Of a DNA stretch of 64,000 nt, positions 56,876-64,000 are shown piece by piece. Origin of the DNA: Octopus vulgaris (lineage: Eukaryota); the NCBI GenBank assembly GCA_951406725.2, contig OX597826.1, forward strand, positions 68,758,001-68,822,000. The letters are read 5' to 3'. Position 1 is the stretch's first letter, and each line of letters begins with the position of its first letter. A program made the position numbers and the translations under genes. A model generated the notes under the pieces. It was not told the DNA's origin, ran no database searches, and worked only from the letters and a program-made list of their open reading frames with translations.

Positions 56876-58123
56876 GCTGATGCAGTTTACGGAAAACCAG
56901 TACGCTTGAGGGAGTAGTTGCCACTGTAGTAGTCATAAATTGGAAGAGAAGTTGGGGTGTGTTTGTGAGTGATTCTGAAGCTGGTCGTCTCTAGAGGGGT
57001 GGACACTAGAATGTTTTCCTAAAATTTGTTGAGATACATTTTAATAATGGTCCAAATCGGTTATTTGTAGTTTGAGTGACCGAAAGGTTTGCTTTACGTT
57101 AAATAGCCCGAGGCAAACTCCACGGTTCAGATTGTACCTTTGCAGGATTTACAGGTCTGGGTGGGTATGAGTCACTTTTCTTGTGGTAATGTGTGATCTA
57201 TCCCAAATGTATAAACTGTAGTCTTAAACTAAACTGCCGCGGTGCAGCTATGAGTTAACTACTCAGCTGACATAAAGATGAGGTTTTGGCTTTTGTGTTC
57301 GATTGGAAAGGGCATGGCAGAGGAAGGGGATTCAGCTACCTGCCTAGTTGTTTTTGATGACCTAAAAAGGATAAGGATAGGGTACATAGATCTTGGCTGA
57401 GATTTGGCCAATCATATATGTGAAAATATAAAGATGGAGCAGTGTAGAAAATTGCGTAATATGTGAGTGTGTGAGAATACAGTCACCATAAAGCAGAAGT
57501 TGGACGACCAGATAAGAACAGTGATAGTGATGGTTTTAGAGATCTTGTGTTAGGTTGCGAAAAAGAGATGAAAGATGCTTCGATTGACCATATGCCAATG
57601 AAGAATGCCCCTAAGGAGATAAAACTAGTTAATAGCCTGAAAGATTTGATTACTGAATTGGCAGCATAAATATTAGAAGAGATTAAAAGCTAAGATGGGT
57701 TAAGTCACCAAAAACAATGATTTATGGGGCGGGTGAAGTCAGGAGGAAAATGTTCTTGAAGTATTACTGATGTGAGGCGGAAGATATATTGCCGAAGAAT
57801 TTTTGGTAGCCAGCGCAGTACAAAGAGCGGTAGCGGGAGATGGTGTGTCTGAGACTGAGTGGAAAGGCGGCTTTGAATTAGATTAACTGGGAGTTTTTAT
57901 ATTTGATACCTGAATGAGAAAGATGTGTGACAACGAAATGAAAACAATGTATATATAGACACCATATCTTAGAGGGAAATTTGAGTTAAACGTGTTGGAT
58001 GGAGAGTAGAGATGGGATGAGTTGAGGGTCGACAGATATTCGTCTTGATGATGAACGGGTTTTTGGTTTGTGTGATAATTCGGGTGAGTTATAGATTTAG
58101 AATGCATTGGAGTTACTCTTCGA

Positions 58124-59260
<1,137 letters not shown>

Positions 59261-59565
59261 TAATATGTCGGCATCAAAGAGAGCATAGTTGCTACTGATT
59301 CTTCCTGAAGTCACGACAATTGCGTTTCCGGAGGCTGGTTCGAATGCTCATAACAGAGCAGACACTGCAAAAGGTAACCACATGGAGGAGGAAGTCACTG
59401 CAAAAATGGGAAGGTGTGATGTGTTTAAATCAACTTCTCAAAAGAAGGAATCCTCTCCACCATCCATAAAGAAAAAAGAATAGATATATCAAAAATAACT
59501 GTATATCAAATTCTCCTTTCTCTCCCACATCGAAGTCTCAACTCTCTGTCTCTCAAAATTTATGC

Positions 59566-59606
<41 letters not shown>

Positions 59607-59834
59607 CTCCCTCTTTTCATCCTATCTGTCTTTCTCTTTCTTTCTCCTTGCCTCTATTACGACTAAATTTTATATCACTTTCTTGTCCGCTTCTCCCAGT
59701 TTCTCCCTAGTTTTGCGACCTCTATATTACTATCGTTGAATTTCCTTCCCTACTTCACTTTCCTTCTCTCTCTCTCTCTCACATATCTCTTTCTCACTTC
59801 TCTCTCCCTCACTCTCTCTCATATTCTTTCTTAG

Positions 59835-59865
<31 letters not shown>

Positions 59866-60109
59866 TTTTCTCTCTTACACTTTCTGACTGTCTCTCCTCC
59901 TCAATTCCTCCCTCTCTCTCTCTCTCAGTCATCCTCTTTCAATACTTTCATCTCTCCATCCCTACGTATTCTACATACAGACATACACACTTCCTATCTT
60001 CAAAGATGAAAAAAAACAACAACCAAAAACAAAAACACAAAAAAAAAACATTAGCCAAACCCCACCATGTCAGAAATCAATAACTATATATTTGTTTATT
60101 ACTGCTGCT

Positions 60110-60168
60110 ACGGCTGCCATTTTTCTACAAAGACATGAAACAACAGACAATCTGGTAACCATAGTAAC
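60110..60168. promoter_or_regulatory. Candidate regulatory site: YY1-like gccatttt plus RFX X-box gtaaccatagtaac
   Basis: 60155-60168 matches GTHNYY-AT-RRNAAC exactly; motif match only. Confidence 0.25.
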
Positions 60169-60556
60169 TGTAGAATGTCACATGTTGTTTAGACTTAAAA
60201 TTTAGCAAAGGAATATTTGCCACACACTTTTGATCTCTCCCAGTATAAATCAATCGGTCATCACTTTGTTCTTTCTAGCTCCATATAACCACCTCTCGTT
60301 CTCTCTTTCCCACTCTCTCAGTATATACGCATACATATGCACACAGTTGAAACAATGCATATACATACCTATATATGATATATGATATATCTCTCTATAT
60401 ATATGCATGTATGTATGATATACTACACATGTGAAAATATGTGCATACGTATGAATGTATGTGTTAATATATATATATATATATACATATATACATATAT
60501 ACATATATACATATATATATACATATATACATATATATATATATATACATATATAC

Positions 60557-60589
<33 letters not shown>

Positions 60590-60638
60590 CGAATGTATGT
60601 GTTTATCTATCTATCTACCTACCTACCTACCTACCTAC

Positions 60639-60749
<111 letters not shown>

Positions 60750-60794
60750 CATATATATGCATACACATGATGCTTTCATTTAATCATACGTACG

Positions 60795-60830
<36 letters not shown>

Positions 60831-61709
60831 CATATATATAGTAGCATATATCATACGGATTAATGTGCGTGAGGGTGGCATACATTTTTCGTTTACGATA
60901 ATTGGTGGTATAAGTATTTGATGTATACAATACAAGCGCATCTATATGTATGCCTGCATACAAGTCTATCTGAATGCATATATATATATATATATATATG
61001 CATATATGTATGCATGTATGAATTTATGCGCGTTTCTCTCTTTGTATGCAAGTATGGATGAATGTACGTATGCCATTTTGTATGTGTTTGAAAGAGCGGC
61101 CAAAGATCAAGATTTTGATATAGTGTAGAAATTCTTTGCCTGACTGGTCATCAGAGACCAATAATCGTTAAAGTGCTAATTAACGCCGCAAAATTACAAT
61201 ATTTCTCTCTTTTCCAATCCGAAAATACAAAAAGCTTTCCAGTTACCTGAACTCCATCAACCTCATCCTTCCATTAATGGTCAAGCTTATGTGTGAGTCA
61301 TTTTCATCATTGCTTCTTAACGGTCAAAATGCCAACTATTTTCCAGCTCTAAAGAAAAGTGTATTCTTGCGACCAACCCTCTATTTCGCGACTAAGATTA
61401 ATGTAAAAATAATTATATAGTTTTCATTTAGTAATTTACATGCCAAGCACACCAATTCTCACGCCCATAAACACACGTGCATATACACGCGCATACACAT
61501 ACACACATGTACGCTTGAAATTGTACACCTACGTATATACGTACATAATAGCTTTTAGAAAATCTTCATCAATTAATAGGTATTTCTGCTAGACTTTAAC
61601 TCCTCTAGCAAGTTGTTGCTTATATAGTTTAGTTCAAGCGAACTTGTCCACCATCTGAGAAATCATTAGCATAGTGAGCCAATGACAGGACACAGGACGC
61701 TTTATGAGG

Positions 61710-61784
61710 TTTATCGATTCACTAGAAACAGCAGCCAAATCTCGCTCTGTTTCCGCCTGTCTGACTCTCTCTCTCTCCACACTA

Positions 61785-61830
<46 letters not shown>

Positions 61831-62140
61831 TAGATTACACACCACTGAGACCTCAGCTCTTGTTGGTCCTCATGTGCCGATTTCCTCCACAGAATCGGGA
61901 TAACGGCAGCCTGTCTGTGGTTCATCGATTCACTAGAAACAGCAGCCAAATCGCTCTCTGTCTCCGCCTGTCTGGCTCTCTCTCTCTCTCTCTCCACACA
62001 CATACACACACACACACAAACACACAGACACACACATACACACACACACAAATACACACATATTATATTACACACCACTGAGACCCCAGCTCTTCTTGAT
62101 CCTCATGTCCCGATTTCCCCCATAGAATCGGGATAATGAC
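61710..62140 (+). repeat. Tandem duplication of a ~210-bp unit containing (CT)n(CA)n
   Basis: atcgattcactagaaacagcagccaaat...acaccactgagac...agaatcgggataa occurs twice (from about 61714 and 61924). Confidence 0.92.
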
Positions 62141-62680
62141 CCCGCGTGAGGCAGTCCTCACTGCAGCCATTCTCCACGGCGACGCCATCGTGGTCATCAC
62201 GGGCGGTGCTGAACACACCAGGCGTCCTGTGTAGTGTGACACATTGCTCCCTTCACGTTCTCCTGCTTCAACCTCACCTTTTTCTTCTTTTCTTGTTTAT
62301 TTCTTTGTTGTTGTTTTTTTGTTTCCTAGTAAGTAAATTGTGATTCAGTAAAGTTTATTTAGCAATTGAAATGTCTTTTAAAGTTAAATCTCACTATCAA
62401 TGGTAACCAGCGGGCGACGTTACAAGCAAAGGGATTTTATGCGCTGAATAATAAATAAAGGAAGATTGTTTGGCTCGCTAGAAACAAGTACCAGATTTAT
62501 CAAATCTAATTGTTATCACAAACTAGAAAAATTCTGTCAAAATAAAATCAAACCTAAAAAAAAATACTGGATGTTCAAAGTTGTCACCTATTTAGTTTGT
62601 GCAATCAGGATTGTACGATTGTCATGAAGATAAAGAATTACAAAAATGAATAAAAACACATATAAATAAATATATCCATA

Positions 62681-63365
<685 letters not shown>

Positions 63366-63534
63366 ATAATAATAATAATTATTATTATTATTATCATTAT
63401 TATTATGCTCTTTAGAACTAACCGACAAACAATAATGGTGCACTAAAATTTCAACTTCAGCTTAATAGTTTTCTACCAAATATTGATATTTTTCCATTGT
63501 ACGTATTCTGTTTGAGGCGATCTAGCAAAAATGT

Positions 63535-63770
63535 TAAGGCGGCGAGCTTGCAGAAACGTTAGCACTCCGGGCTAAATGCTTAGCGATATTTCGTCTGTCT
63601 TTACGTTCTGAGTTCAACTTCCGCCGAGGTCGACGTTGTCTTTCATCCTTTCAGAGTCGTAAATTAAGTACCAGTTACGCACTGGATTCGATGTAATCGA
63701 CTTAATCCCCTTGTCTGTCTTTGTTTGTCCCCTCTATGTGTAGCCACTTAATGGGCAATAAAGAAATAAT
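63535..63770 (+). mobile_element. SINE family C monomer
   Basis: aaggcggcgagcttgcagaaacgttagcac...gggcaataaagaaataa. Confidence 0.88.
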
Positions 63771-64000
63771 AAATGTAATGTAAATGGATAGGTACTTGAA
63801 TTTCGGGCAGGTGATTTATTTGCACCCTGATAAAATCCAGATCTGGCTAACCATATTTAATGATAGAGAACAATTAGAACCGGTTAATTCATGTTACTGC
63901 GAAACAAAATTCTTACCCCACAGCCACAGGCAAGTGGTCAAATTTGCATAAATGAAAATTTACCTCTCTTCTACGGTATTTCTATTCGAGAAAATATCGG

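Overview
Eukaryotic, very AT-rich and microsatellite-saturated DNA with no recognisable host protein-coding exon; probably intergenic or intronic. The SINE repertoire and repeat style suggest a coleoid cephalopod, most likely Octopus (inference from recall, not a search). Almost all ORFs in the supplied track are translations of simple repeats. The real coding remnants are all from mobile elements: two 5'-truncated R4/Dong-clade retrotransposons, both inside (TAA)n tracts; a decayed mariner transposase; an RTE-type LINE 3' end; and faint CR1/L2 and hAT traces. Non-coding elements include three abundant SINE families (many with visible TSDs), hAT, mariner and Tigger-type MITEs, and non-autonomous Helitrons. 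Main observations: (1) a group of ~200-bp non-coding elements joined to (TA)n that carry a minimal type I hammerhead-ribozyme fold, with stem covariation and family-fixed non-canonical cores (Penelope pLTR/retrozyme-like); (2) SINE dimers and trimers bounded by a single TSD, with recurrent junctions; (3) a perfect 37-bp fold-back hairpin next to a direct duplication; (4) a covarying 3' UTR hairpin shared by the two Dong copies. Repeat boundaries were read by eye and are approximate.
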